In this document: one piece after another, positions 29,269 to 38,435 of the stretch
Position numbering within the stretch: position 1 is the first letter of the stretch
Layout: every line of letters starts with the position of its first letter
Source of the DNA: Candidatus Moanibacter sp.
GTDB taxonomy: Bacteria; Verrucomicrobiota; Verrucomicrobiia; Opitutales; UBA2987
Assembly: GCA_965226025.1 (NCBI GenBank)
Contig: CBDDCD010000003.1
Location: 1,382,077 to 1,446,076 of the forward strand
Length of the DNA: 64,000 nucleotides
Direction of reading: 5' to 3'
Program-made: the position numbers and the translations under genes
Notes under the pieces: generated by a model
What the model was told of the DNA's origin: nothing
The model's input: only the letters and a program-made list of their open reading frames with translations
Database searches by the model: none

Positions 29269-29613
29269 ATGGATAGAGATTCCAGGATCGTTGGATACAT
29301 TGGGGCTACGACGCGGGGCGATGTGGTTTGCGACGGCCCTGCGTGCATAATTGCGGGTTCCTACAAAAGGATGAAGGGATATCTTGCGAAATCGAAAACG
29401 AAACCGCCTGGAAAGGTCAAGATCCGCAAGACGCGTTTCGGTGAGATTCTGTCCGGGATGAATATGGGAGGCGCATATTCGTTTGACGAAGAGTCCTACG
29501 GAAGATTCCTGCCCCTTGCCCGAGAGGAAGGAATGAAATGCGAAGATGTGGATTTCACACCGGACGCAGAGGGCGAAGCGAAATTCTACACAATGACACC
29601 CAGAAAGAAATAA
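29269..29613 (+). CDS. Cassette 6: hypothetical protein
   Basis: 114-aa ORF filling the cassette; its stop lies in R'' of attC6. Confidence 0.75.
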   Translation: MDRDSRIVGYIGATTRGDVVCDGPACIIAGSYKRMKGYLAKSKTKPPGKVKIRKTRFGEILSGMNMGGAYSFDEESYGRFLPLAREEGMKCEDVDFTPDAEGEAKFYTMTPRKK

Positions 29614-29706
29614 CAAATCGTGGCAGCGAATGCCGGTTTATACCGTCCGTTCCAATGTAGACCACTTAGCCCGGCCTCACTGCACTCAAACGTTCTCTTT
29701 CATCAC

Positions 29707-30609
29707 ATGACACCATCAACGTCGATTAGAATGACACGTGCAATGGACGTTGTAAATCAGCTGTCGGACGCCCTTGGCTTGGCCCTGAAAGAACCGTCGC
29801 TGCTCAAGGACTCAAACCACGTGACATTCCGTGTGAACGCTGATGTCGTCGCGCGTGTATTGCTAGATGCCGGTGATAACGCATACGCGATGCTGGCGCT
29901 CGGACGCGATGTTTCACACTACCTTGCAGAGCATGGTGCACCCGTTACGCGGCCAACGACGAGGCCGGATGCGGGGCCGCATCAGGTTGATGGCCATTGC
30001 GTGACGTTCTGGTGCTACGAACCGATTGCGGCGTCCAGGGTCGATGTAAACCAAGCCGCGAGCGCGTTGAAGCATGTTCATCGTGAGCTTCGTGACTTTC
30101 CCGGTGAGTTGCCGCACTTCTGGGACTCCATGGAAACAACCTATCAGAGTCTTCTTTCACCCGCCGGGCGCCAGTTTCTTTCGGTACAGGATCATGGATT
30201 TTTGGTGGATGTCTTTGACCAGTTTCAGCACCTTCGGAGTTTGTCGAAGGATGTGCTTCGCCCGTTGCATGGAGGATGCCACCTGGCCAATGTCATTAAC
30301 ACAGAACGGGGGCATCTGTGGCTTGATTTTGACAGTGTCTGTGAAGGGCCGATTGAATGGGACCTCACTTGTTTTGCGGGGGACGTATCCGGTGATCGAA
30401 ATTTCGATGCGGAACTCCTTCATGAATTAGGTTTGCTGCGAAGCTGGGCTACGTCGGTCTGGTGTTGGATGATCTACGACCGATCGGAAGAGAAGCGCGA
30501 GGCCGCCGATCTTCACCTGGCCAGGCTGAAGATGCAGTACCCAAAGAATTCAGGAGAGAACCATGCCTTGCACATTAACCCGGGATCTCGCTGCGCTCGG
30601 TCCGGGTAG
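29707..30609 (+). CDS. Cassette 7: aminoglycoside phosphotransferase/choline kinase-like protein
   Basis: LHGGCHLANV and WLDFDS...GPIEWDL. The usual catalytic HGD reads HGG here. Confidence 0.8.
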   Translation: MTPSTSIRMTRAMDVVNQLSDALGLALKEPSLLKDSNHVTFRVNADVVARVLLDAGDNAYAMLALGRDVSHYLAEHGAPVTRPTTRPDAGPHQVDGHCVTFWCYEPIAASRVDVNQAASALKHVHRELRDFPGELPHFWDSMETTYQSLLSPAGRQFLSVQDHGFLVDVFDQFQHLRSLSKDVLRPLHGGCHLANVINTERGHLWLDFDSVCEGPIEWDLTCFAGDVSGDRNFDAELLHELGLLRSWATSVWCWMIYDRSEEKREAADLHLARLKMQYPKNSGENHALHINPGSRCARSG

Positions 30610-30657
30610 GTGATGGCCGCGTTCGACAAGAGATGATGTGCCGAATGATGCTGGATA

Positions 30658-30849
30658 TTACATCGCGGGCGTCGCCACAGTTTGAGTGTCGCTCTGCTCG
30701 GGTTCCCGCACAGTCGGAACTCCGTCAGGGCTTTCCGCATCCACAGAGGATGATCGGCGCGCGAGTCGCCGCTCACGCTTCTCCTGAGCCTTTCGCATCC
30801 TGTCCATTTCCTTGCGGCGTTTTTCGAATGTGTTTTTGTTTTTTGCCAT
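30658..30849 (-). CDS. Cassette 8: small basic coiled-coil protein, inverted orientation
   Basis: MAKNKNTFEKRRKEMDRMRKAQEKRERR; RBS AAGGA upstream. Confidence 0.7.
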   Translation of the reverse strand: MAKNKNTFEKRRKEMDRMRKAQEKRERRLARRSSSVDAESPDGVPTVREPEQSDTQTVATPAM

Positions 30850-31081
30850 ACTGATCCTTTTGGGGAATCCTCAAATGTCGCGAAACGAGGAGCCGATGTC
30901 CATCACGTTAACGTCAACAGGGTGGAGAGTATCACAACTGCGAGACGATCGCTCGTCCTCAATAGTGGTACTTTAACCGGCACACGCAGACACTTCACGG
31001 TGATTGATCCCTGATGAATAAACAGTCGAACCAGCGGCTCCACGACAACGGGAGCGAACGCTCCCGAGCGTGAGTCAATTC

Positions 31082-31373
31082 GTTGGCAGAGCGTCAGATC
31101 AGAATGAAACTGAACCACGGAGGACACTGAGACACGGAGGAAGAAAGAGGAAAATCGGAAACTACGAATCACACGAATCAGCGCGAATCCAGAAGGCACT
31201 TAAAGGGCGATGAGTTCGAGTGAAGAGAGATCGCATTGGCGTAGATTGGTCCCGCTCAGCGGGATTGTTCAGAAATACGAACTGCCAACAAGGCGCGGGA
31301 GGCAAATCCGGTTGGAGCCGCCTGTTTCAATCAATTCCCCTTGATCCGGAATGCCTCCGCTTAATCGTTAGGC
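31082..31373 (+). other. Cassette 9: ORF-less cassette
   Basis: GTTGGCA/TGCCAAC perfect pair enclosing about 200 bp of short repeats and no credible ORF. Confidence 0.7.
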
Positions 31374-31385
31374 CGTGTTCGTTTT

Positions 31386-31943
31386 ATGAGATTGAGAACT
31401 ACAAGAAGAACAGACGGGAATCCTGATGTAATCGTCCGCAAGCGGAAGTATGACGGAAGTGTGAAGTCAGAGTGGGAAGGGGAATTGCTGCCATCTCCGG
31501 CGAAAGAGTGGCTTGTAGTACTGCACCATCCCAAGCGCCACCGTAAGTTTCAGGACGGAGCGGTAGAGATGTCGGAGCCGTTCTTTCTGCACTGTTTTAA
31601 CACTGAAGAGCCCCTGACCGTGTTACTGGAGTACAATACCGCTGGGGCCTTCACAGGCGCTAAATGCGATGCCGCTCTTCCCGCGAAGTGTGCAGGAGAC
31701 GTGGTCGAGTTTCATGATCTAGACCTCGACCTGATTGTTGAGCCAGAATTCACGTACTTTGTTCGCGATCGAGAAACATTTGATCGGAACAGGGAGCGCA
31801 TGTGTTACCCAGCCAGAGTGGTAGGATTGGCGAATCAGGGCATCGAGTTGGCCCATACACTTCTATCATCGCGTCAGTTTCCGTTCGACGAGCATCTTTC
31901 CGGTTTACTGCGGTCGCTATTGCCTAAGGTTGGTGAGGCATAG
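31386..31943 (+). CDS. Cassette 10: DUF402 family protein
   Basis: RKYDG.....W, EFHDLDLDLIV and DRETF...RERMCYP. Confidence 0.78.
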   Translation: MRLRTTRRTDGNPDVIVRKRKYDGSVKSEWEGELLPSPAKEWLVVLHHPKRHRKFQDGAVEMSEPFFLHCFNTEEPLTVLLEYNTAGAFTGAKCDAALPAKCAGDVVEFHDLDLDLIVEPEFTYFVRDRETFDRNRERMCYPARVVGLANQGIELAHTLLSSRQFPFDEHLSGLLRSLLPKVGEA

Positions 31944-32122
31944 ACTTACTTCTTAGCGAGCACGGAAAGCTACAGTTGCTGTGACTCTGAGCACTGTGGG
32001 GCCTAACCAGCGCATCAAGTCGGACGCAGCCACGTACGGCCCCTAGGCTTTTTTCGGTGCACCATGCATCCGCCATCCGAGTTTTTCGGATTTGGGATGG
32101 CTTGGCTGCGCCGCTTATGCTA

Positions 32123-32160
32123 GAGGCTGTCCCAAATCCGAGAGGATTTGGGACAGCCTC
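32123..32160. mobile_element. 38-bp palindromic mini-element, second copy (opposite orientation)
   Basis: GAGGCTGTCCCAAATCC-GAGA-GGATTTGGGACAGCCTC; flanked by TATGCTA and TATTCTA. Confidence 0.8.
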
Positions 32161-32573
32161 TATTCTAACAATACTTTCGTCGCCCACAGGCGGGGCACGA
32201 TCTTCCGGAAACAGCGCCACCTGTTCGGGTCTTTCCCTGCCCTCTTCGAAAATCTCGATGCTCTTGCGCCACGCTTCGTGTTGGCTATCGTTGATCTCTC
32301 CAAGGTAGAGGACCTGTCTTTGGACCACCCGCCCCCCGCTGACACGCTTGTTCTCAACGATATTCCAATAGTAGTGCTCTTTGCCATCTTTGCGCCGACG
32401 ATTACACCTCAGAAACATGATGGCCCACCATTATACGAAAAAATCCCGCCCTGGGAAGAGCGTAGGTCTACACTACAGGCGGTTTTGCCAACCCACCTCT
32501 ACTGTTGATGCGCCTCCTGAGCCCTACTACCCCCGAAAAAAACCGTTTCGGAAGTTGAGTTGGTCAAGTAGGG
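32161..32573 (-). mobile_element. IS1634-family remnant (left end and first ~86 codons of transposase from 32418)
   Basis: MFLRCNRRRKDGKEHYYWNIVENKRVSGGRVVQRQVLYLGEINDSQ; the end abuts the 3' half of an attC. Confidence 0.8.
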
Positions 32574-32646
32574 CTAACCCGGAATCTCGCTCCGCTCGAT
32601 CCGGGTAGGTGATGGAGCACGTTAGCGAGAGAGGATTGAGGAAAGG

Positions 32647-33504
32647 TTGGCTGACGATATTTTAGATGCGCTGCCCGTTTCTGTGCACGGCGGTCACACA
32701 GCGGAGTTTGGCGACGGCGAGGACACGCTGGCCGAGGTTGTCGCCGAGTATGCGCGGCAGGATTTTGCCTGGTTCGGGGTTACCGAGCACATACCTCCAG
32801 TCTCTGACGCGTTCCTGTTCGATGAGGACATAGAGGCAGGGGAGACTGCGACGAGCAAGCGCGCTCGATTCGTCGACTATTTCTCGACGGCCCGCTCGTT
32901 GCAGTCCGAGCATCGCCCAAAGCCCCAGATTCTAGTTGGATTCGAGACGGAGTGCTGCACGGGCTACATAGAGCACGTGGATGAACTGCGACGCGAATTC
33001 AAGCCGGATTACATTGTAGGCTCCGTACACCATGTTCGTGATGTCGTAATTGATGGACGATCACGATGGTACGCAGAGGCGATAGCGTGCGTAGGCGGAA
33101 TCGAGGAACTCTACTGCGAGTATTTCGACCAGCAGTATGAGATGATGGAAGCGCTACGGCCTGAAGTAATTGGTCACTTCGATCTGATACGAATGCACGA
33201 TGCTGAGTATCACGAGAGGCTTCGAGTCGGTCAGATCAAGGACCGCATCTGGAGGAATCTTGAGAAGGTGAAGGAGATTGACTCCATACTCGATCTCAAC
33301 CTTAGGGCTCTGGAGAAAGGCGCGTCCGAACCGTACGTGACTCGTTCGATCCTGGAGATGGCATCAGAGATAGGTGTGAAGTGCGTGCCCGGGGATGACT
33401 CCCACGGCGTGGCTACCGTAGGCCGTCATCTCGACAGGGGAATCGAACTGCTTGTGGAGATGGGTTTTGGGGTTGAGTGGCCCAAGCCTCGTGGATGTGA
33501 TTGA
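32647..33504 (+). CDS. Cassette: PHP-family histidinol-phosphatase-like protein (HisJ type)
   Basis: SVHGGHT, GVTEH, IVGSVHH, GHFDL and GDDSH metal ligands. Confidence 0.88.
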   Translation: MADDILDALPVSVHGGHTAEFGDGEDTLAEVVAEYARQDFAWFGVTEHIPPVSDAFLFDEDIEAGETATSKRARFVDYFSTARSLQSEHRPKPQILVGFETECCTGYIEHVDELRREFKPDYIVGSVHHVRDVVIDGRSRWYAEAIACVGGIEELYCEYFDQQYEMMEALRPEVIGHFDLIRMHDAEYHERLRVGQIKDRIWRNLEKVKEIDSILDLNLRALEKGASEPYVTRSILEMASEIGVKCVPGDDSHGVATVGRHLDRGIELLVEMGFGVEWPKPRGCD

Positions 33505-33635
33505 GACGTCGTGATCGCTAATATGTGTTGCAGCTGACGGATGCCCGGTTGTGCCTGAGTTGACGGTGTTTCGCCTTTCCAATTCGGTTGAGACAATGCA
33601 AAACAGGAAGTCTGTCCGCAGCTGAACACTGCGTT

Positions 33636-34370
33636 ATGCACAAGGAGGGGTATTTTGATGAGCGTGCTGCGGCGACCTACGACGTGCGCCATGCAGATTT
33701 AGCTGGACCAGAGATCGTCAAACCGACCGTGGACTTTCTGGTCGACCTTGTCGGTTCGGGTAACGCGCTTGAGTTTGGGATTGGAACAGGACGAATCGCT
33801 CTGCCCTTGGCAGATCGCGGCGTGATCGTTCACGGGATCGAAATGTCTCGCGCAATGGTTGCTAAACTCGTTGAGAAACCAAAAGGTGCTGAAATACCAG
33901 TGACAATCGGCGATTTCGCAACGGCAGCCACCGGTGAATCGTATTCTATAGTATATCTGCTCTTTAACACGATCATGAACCTCACGACGCAGGACGCGCA
34001 GGTAGAGTGCTTTCGAAATGCGGCTGCGCATCTTGAGCCGGGTGGACATTTCGTAATCGAAGTGATGATTCCCCAATTAAGAGAACTCTCGACGAGCAGG
34101 AGGTGTCATGTGTTCGGATTTAAGAAAGAAAAATGGGGAATTGACGAGTATGACACCTCAACACAGAGCGTAATCTCACATCATCTGAAGTTCTCGAACG
34201 GAAAGATTGAACGCTCGTCCGTTCCCTTCCGCTACGTTTGGCCGGGAGAACTTGATCTGATGGCGAAGATTGCAGGAATGACTTTGAGTGGACGATGGGA
34301 AAACTGGCGAAAGGACGCCTTTACGAATGAAAGCCACCTTCATATTTCCGTGTGGGAAAAGACTGCATAA
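33636..34370 (+). CDS. Cassette: class I SAM-dependent methyltransferase
   Basis: ALEFGIGTGRIALPL; ATG lies in the R' core and the stop in the next R''. Confidence 0.9.
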   Translation: MHKEGYFDERAAATYDVRHADLAGPEIVKPTVDFLVDLVGSGNALEFGIGTGRIALPLADRGVIVHGIEMSRAMVAKLVEKPKGAEIPVTIGDFATAATGESYSIVYLLFNTIMNLTTQDAQVECFRNAAAHLEPGGHFVIEVMIPQLRELSTSRRCHVFGFKKEKWGIDEYDTSTQSVISHHLKFSNGKIERSSVPFRYVWPGELDLMAKIAGMTLSGRWENWRKDAFTNESHLHISVWEKTA

Positions 34371-34433
34371 CAAATCGTCCCTGAGAACGCGATAAATCGC
34401 GTCTAAGGACTCAACCGTTCTGCCAAAGAAACC

Positions 34434-34949
34434 ATGAATCCACATCGCGGGCTACTCCACCACATGAACATCAACGTTTCCGACCTGGAACGATCATCCA
34501 AATTCTACGGTCCGGTACTCGAATTTTTGGGATACGACAGAGCGGATTACGATCACGAGGGCGATTGGGCGTTCGAAGACTGGAAGCATTGGCTGGAAGG
34601 AACGCCGCACGAAATCAGCATCGTACAAGCAAAATCGGGAACAAGCTACGATCGTGATGAAAGACGGGCGGTTGGTCGACATAACCACATTGCCTTCTGT
34701 GCGGAAGATCGAGAGGACGTGGACCGGCTTTACGAGGAAGTATTAGCTCCCCTAGAGCGTGAAGGCCTATGCTCGGTAGAGGATCCGCCTTGCGAGTGCC
34801 CGGAATATGGGGAGGGATATTATGCGACATTCTTTATGGACCCGGATGGCTTGAAGTTTGAGTTCGTCATCAATCCGAACTATTTCCGAAAGAAGGCACT
34901 GAGAGACGAAAGGATCGCAGAACAAGATACGGGAGCGAACGACGGCTAG
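34434..34949 (+). CDS. Cassette: VOC family protein
   Basis: HHMNINVSDLERS..FY, HIAF and YYATFFMDPDGLKFE. Confidence 0.87.
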   Translation: MNPHRGLLHHMNINVSDLERSSKFYGPVLEFLGYDRADYDHEGDWAFEDWKHWLEGTPHEISIVQAKSGTSYDRDERRAVGRHNHIAFCAEDREDVDRLYEEVLAPLEREGLCSVEDPPCECPEYGEGYYATFFMDPDGLKFEFVINPNYFRKKALRDERIAEQDTGANDG

Positions 34950-35568
34950 TGCCGCCGTCACTGCGTTCAAGCGTTAGTGCGCCGAGCGAAGCGAGGCGCT
35001 TCTTATCCGGTGAATGTCCGGATGTTTCAAAGTAATAGCGAAACAGAAACTACCGAGTGTTGTCCCGCCGAGCGGGATCAGCTAAGTCATTAAAACGCGT
35101 GGACCGCGCTGACAGGTCGAAACCGGAAACCGTTGCTTCTGTGACGTGTGGAAGGATGGCGAAACGGCATATGCGAAGCGTACACAGGGAAGCATGCAGG
35201 CCGCAGAGGGTTCGCAGTCCTCTAAGGCAATTTAGCCCCGTAATGAGTGTAGAAGCAGGCGACGACGGCGTTAACGTGAGCGGAAGTCAGCACTCCACGG
35301 ATCGCAATGGCGAGATCAGTGGGGGCCTGTCGGGGTTCGAAGCCGTGGCATGTATGCAGAGAAGCGTTCTTGAACTCGGGAGAGCGCACGGGTTCCCGCA
35401 AGGGTATGGCTATGCAACCAACCGGAGGATAGACAGATGACCCGTGTGCAGTCAGACCGGCCCATAGTACTCGGAGACGGTAGGACCGATCACGAGGGGA
35501 AGGGGCGGGCTGAGCGGTTAAGTGAGCAAAGCACCCACGCTTGGGGAAGGAGTGTCCCGAAAAAGAGC

Positions 35569-36211
35569 GTGTCACGCACCCTGCTCGAACTGAGAGAGAA
35601 AGCGAAGCGGGAACCGAAGCATCGGTTCCGTTCATTGTGTCGAGAGATCAACCTGCCGATGTTGTATGAGAGCTTTGGAGAGCTCAAACGTAGCGCTGCG
35701 CCCGGAGTGGACGGCGAGACGGTGGCGAGCTACGAAGGCGATCTGGAGAACCGACTGAGGCAGCTGTTGGAGCGACTGGTGAACAAGACATACCGGGCGC
35801 AGAAGGTGAGAAGGCGGCATATCCCCAAGGGGAAGGGAAAGACCCGACCCCTTGGCATACCCGCCTTGGAGGATAAGATCGTCCAGCAAGCGGCCAGTCG
35901 ATTGCTGCAAGCAATCTACGAAGTCGACTTTCTGGATGTAAGCAAGGGGTATCGGCCGAACCGTGGGGCCCGCGATGCGAGCCAGGAACTACGCGAGCAA
36001 CTCTTTCTGGAAAGAGTGCACTGGGTAGTGGAGGCGGACATCGAGGGTTTCTTCGAGAAGGTCGATCATGACTGGCTGGAGCGCATGCTGGAGCAGCGGG
36101 TGGACGATAGAGCGTTCATGCGTCTGATCCGCAAGTGGCTCAAAGCTGGAGTTCTGGAAGAAGCCGGAGAGGTGATCCACCCTGCGACGGGAACGCCTCA
36201 AGGTGGGATAC
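35569..36211 (+). pseudogene. ltrA: Group II intron RT/maturase, 5' half
   Basis: APGVDG, RRRHIPK...RPLGIP..EDK, EADIEGFF..VDH and GTPQGG; start uncertain (GTG 35569). Confidence 0.9.
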
Positions 36212-37833
36212 TGACGCCTCGTACACAAAAGGTAACTTTCGCCGGGCGGACCTTCCGGTTCGGCTGAAACTGGGATCGAATGGTGTATGGTCAGGGTGTC
36301 GCTGTCTACGATAATCTCTTTGGTGACGAGCCGGATGATCTTCTGGCGCTCGGTCACGCAAAGAGTCTGCGCCGAGTGCTGCAATTGGGCAAGAAAACCT
36401 TCGATGGAAGCGTTCATTCTGTGCAAGCGGCTGTTTTCCAAGGCCTGCAGCCTAAGGCTCTCCATCTCTTTTTCGAGGGCGCTCCGGCGCTCTCTGAGTT
36501 TCGGAGAACGTTCCCTGAGCTCAGCCAGCCCGAGCAAATCCTCTTGGTAGGCATCCAAAAGCTTGTTGATCCGGGCATCCATGCGCTTTATTTCGCCTTC
36601 GAGGTGGGCTTTGCGTTGCTCTACCGGGTCGCTGGTAAGGCATTCGCGCAAGCGGCGGTCGATCTCGGCGCGCACCAACTCCGGGCAATGAAGCAGCCGA
36701 ATAACCTCCATCCATACCAGTTCATCGAGGTAATCCTGGCGAATGGGCCGGCAATCGCAGGCAGGTCCTCGAAGGTGGCGCCATTTGTCCGAGCCCAGGC
36801 ACCGGTAATAGCGCACTTGTCTGCGGCTTGTCCTGGTCGAGGTAAGATAGAGTCCGTATCCACATTTTCCGCACACCAGAAGTCCTTGCAGCAACGTGGG
36901 CTTTTTCGTTTTTCGCGCCGACAAGCGTTTGTTTTCCTGCAGTCTCTCTTGGGCCATCTCGAAAGTCTGCACAGGGATCACGGCCGGAACCGGCACCTCG
37001 ATCCATTCCTCGCGGCTGGTTTCACGGTTAGCTCCCGAACGCGGGGAAAAACCGCCCTTTTGACGTAGAGGCCGGGTAATCCTTTTGCGCTCGGCCCGCT
37101 CGGTTTTTCCGAAGCAGGCCGTCCCTTTGTAAGCGGGATTCCTCAACATGCCCCAAACCGTCGATCTCTCCCAGGGGCTCTTTCCAAACCGGGTCGGAAT
37201 ACCTTCCTGGTTGAGTTCGCGCGCGATCGCTCCTATGCTCCAAAGCTCCCGCGTAAAAAAGTCGAAGACTTTCCGGACCACTTCGGCTTCCGCCTCGATC
37301 ACCGTATAGTAGGCCTCCGAAGTATCGGTTTTTCGGATATACCGGTAGCCATAAGGCGCTCCCGACAACACATTGACACATCCGCTTCGAGCGCGATGCC
37401 TTTTGCCGCGACGGGTTCGCTCCGCGATCTGGGCTCGTTCATATTCGGCGATCATTCCCTGAAACTGTACCAACAGCCGATCCTCCGGACTGTCGCCGCC
37501 AGCGGATTTGAGGAAAACCGTTTCCACTCCGCGTCGGTTAAACTCCTCGAGCAACAGCACCTGATAGGCGTATTTTCGGCTGAGCCGATCCGGGCCATAG
37601 ACCAGGACTGTCTCCAGCACCCCCTCACTTGCCAGATCGCGAAGACGCTCCAGCCCAGGACGATTCAAGACGCTCCCGCTGTAGCCCTCATCCTCGAAAA
37701 TCCAGTCTTTGGCTACGACGTAGTTATGGCTTTGGGCATATTCGGACAGCAGCGCCGTCTGACTGGCAATCGTGTTTTGTTGCCTCTGCCGATCCGAGGA
37801 TACTCGTGCATAGATGGCCGCATTCTTCTTCAT
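35989..37833 (-). CDS. Large serine recombinase (resolvase, recombinase, zinc-ribbon and coiled-coil domains)
   Basis: AIYARVSS, DEGYSG...RPGL, DRLSR, LLQGLLVCGKCG and YYRC. Reads past the element end into the RT antisense strand. Confidence 0.93.
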   Translation of the reverse strand: MKKNAAIYARVSSDRQRQQNTIASQTALLSEYAQSHNYVVAKDWIFEDEGYSGSVLNRPGLERLRDLASEGVLETVLVYGPDRLSRKYAYQVLLLEEFNRRGVETVFLKSAGGDSPEDRLLVQFQGMIAEYERAQIAERTRRGKRHRARSGCVNVLSGAPYGYRYIRKTDTSEAYYTVIEAEAEVVRKVFDFFTRELWSIGAIARELNQEGIPTRFGKSPWERSTVWGMLRNPAYKGTACFGKTERAERKRITRPLRQKGGFSPRSGANRETSREEWIEVPVPAVIPVQTFEMAQERLQENKRLSARKTKKPTLLQGLLVCGKCGYGLYLTSTRTSRRQVRYYRCLGSDKWRHLRGPACDCRPIRQDYLDELVWMEVIRLLHCPELVRAEIDRRLRECLTSDPVEQRKAHLEGEIKRMDARINKLLDAYQEDLLGLAELRERSPKLRERRSALEKEMESLRLQALENSRLHRMNASIEGFLAQLQHSAQTLCVTERQKIIRLVTKEIIVDSDTLTIHHSIPVSAEPEGPPGESYLLCTRRQYPTLRRSRRRVDHLSGFFQNSSFEPLADQTHERSIVHPLLQHALQPVMIDLLEETLDVRLHYPVHSFQKELLA

Positions 37834-37981
37834 GGTTTGGCTCTCCATTGTTCAGGTTGTCAGCATGACGCAGGCCGGGAACCAACACCCGGTAAACTTG
37901 CGCCAACTTCTCCTCAGCGTAGCGATCGTAACGGGCGGCAAGCTCGATACGCAGGCTGCGCTGAGGGTTGGATTTAGCCAT
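37724..37981 (-). CDS. Small hypothetical protein of the recombinase element
   Basis: ATG overlaps the upstream gene's end; its 3' part overlaps the recombinase start. Confidence 0.5.
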   Translation of the reverse strand: MAKSNPQRSLRIELAARYDRYAEEKLAQVYRVLVPGLRHADNLNNGEPNHEEECGHLCTSILGSAEATKHDCQSDGAAVRICPKP

Positions 37982-38282
37982 GGATACTCTCCTGCAAAAA
38001 AGCCCGTAAAGCCTCGGCTGTGAGATCGCTGATACGTTGGTTTCTTCGCCGGGCGGTAGAACGAACCTCCTGGATCAAGCCTGGGGGCAATCTCACCGTG
38101 AAAACCTCTTTCGATTCGGGCGCAGAAAGGGGCTGAGCGGCGGTTTGCGCCCGTCGAAGGTAACGATGCGCTTGACGCGAAGATACCTCGAACCGGGCGA
38201 TCAGAGACGATACAACCTCGCCGGAAGTGGCATTTTTCCGTAAAAGCTGTATCGCCGTATTCACCCGCCGGGTTTGTTCCAT
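37974..38282 (-). CDS. HTH plus ribbon-helix-helix DNA-binding protein
   Basis: LIARFEVSSRQAHRYL (HTH-like) and VFTVRLPPGLIQEVR..ARR....ISDL..EALRAFL (RHH-like). Confidence 0.75.
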   Translation of the reverse strand: MEQTRRVNTAIQLLRKNATSGEVVSSLIARFEVSSRQAHRYLRRAQTAAQPLSAPESKEVFTVRLPPGLIQEVRSTARRRNQRISDLTAEALRAFLQESIHG

Positions 38283-38310
38283 AGCCGATGCTCTGCCCAC
38301 TATGACTTAT

Positions 38311-38326
38311 AGATAATACATTATCT
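38311..38326. promoter_or_regulatory. Palindromic operator candidate upstream of the recombinase operon
   Basis: AGATAAT-AC-ATTATCT, just downstream of minus-strand TTGCCA. Confidence 0.5.
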
Positions 38327-38435
38327 GACATGGCAACTCGTTTTTCTGGATTTCTGTTTCAACCTAGCCGAACGAAACCGCTCGAATCCAATTATCCGGC
38401 GAAAGCTAAAGTTGCCTTTTGTGTACGAGGCGTCA

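Larger units (their letters stand above)
36212..38435 (-). mobile_element. 2224-bp serine-recombinase integrative element inserted in the RT PQGG-IL-SP motif
   Basis: Inverted ends TGACGCCTCGTACACAAAAGG(T/C)AACTTT; removal gives GGT GGG ATA CTT TCG CCG in frame; no TSD. Confidence 0.92.
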
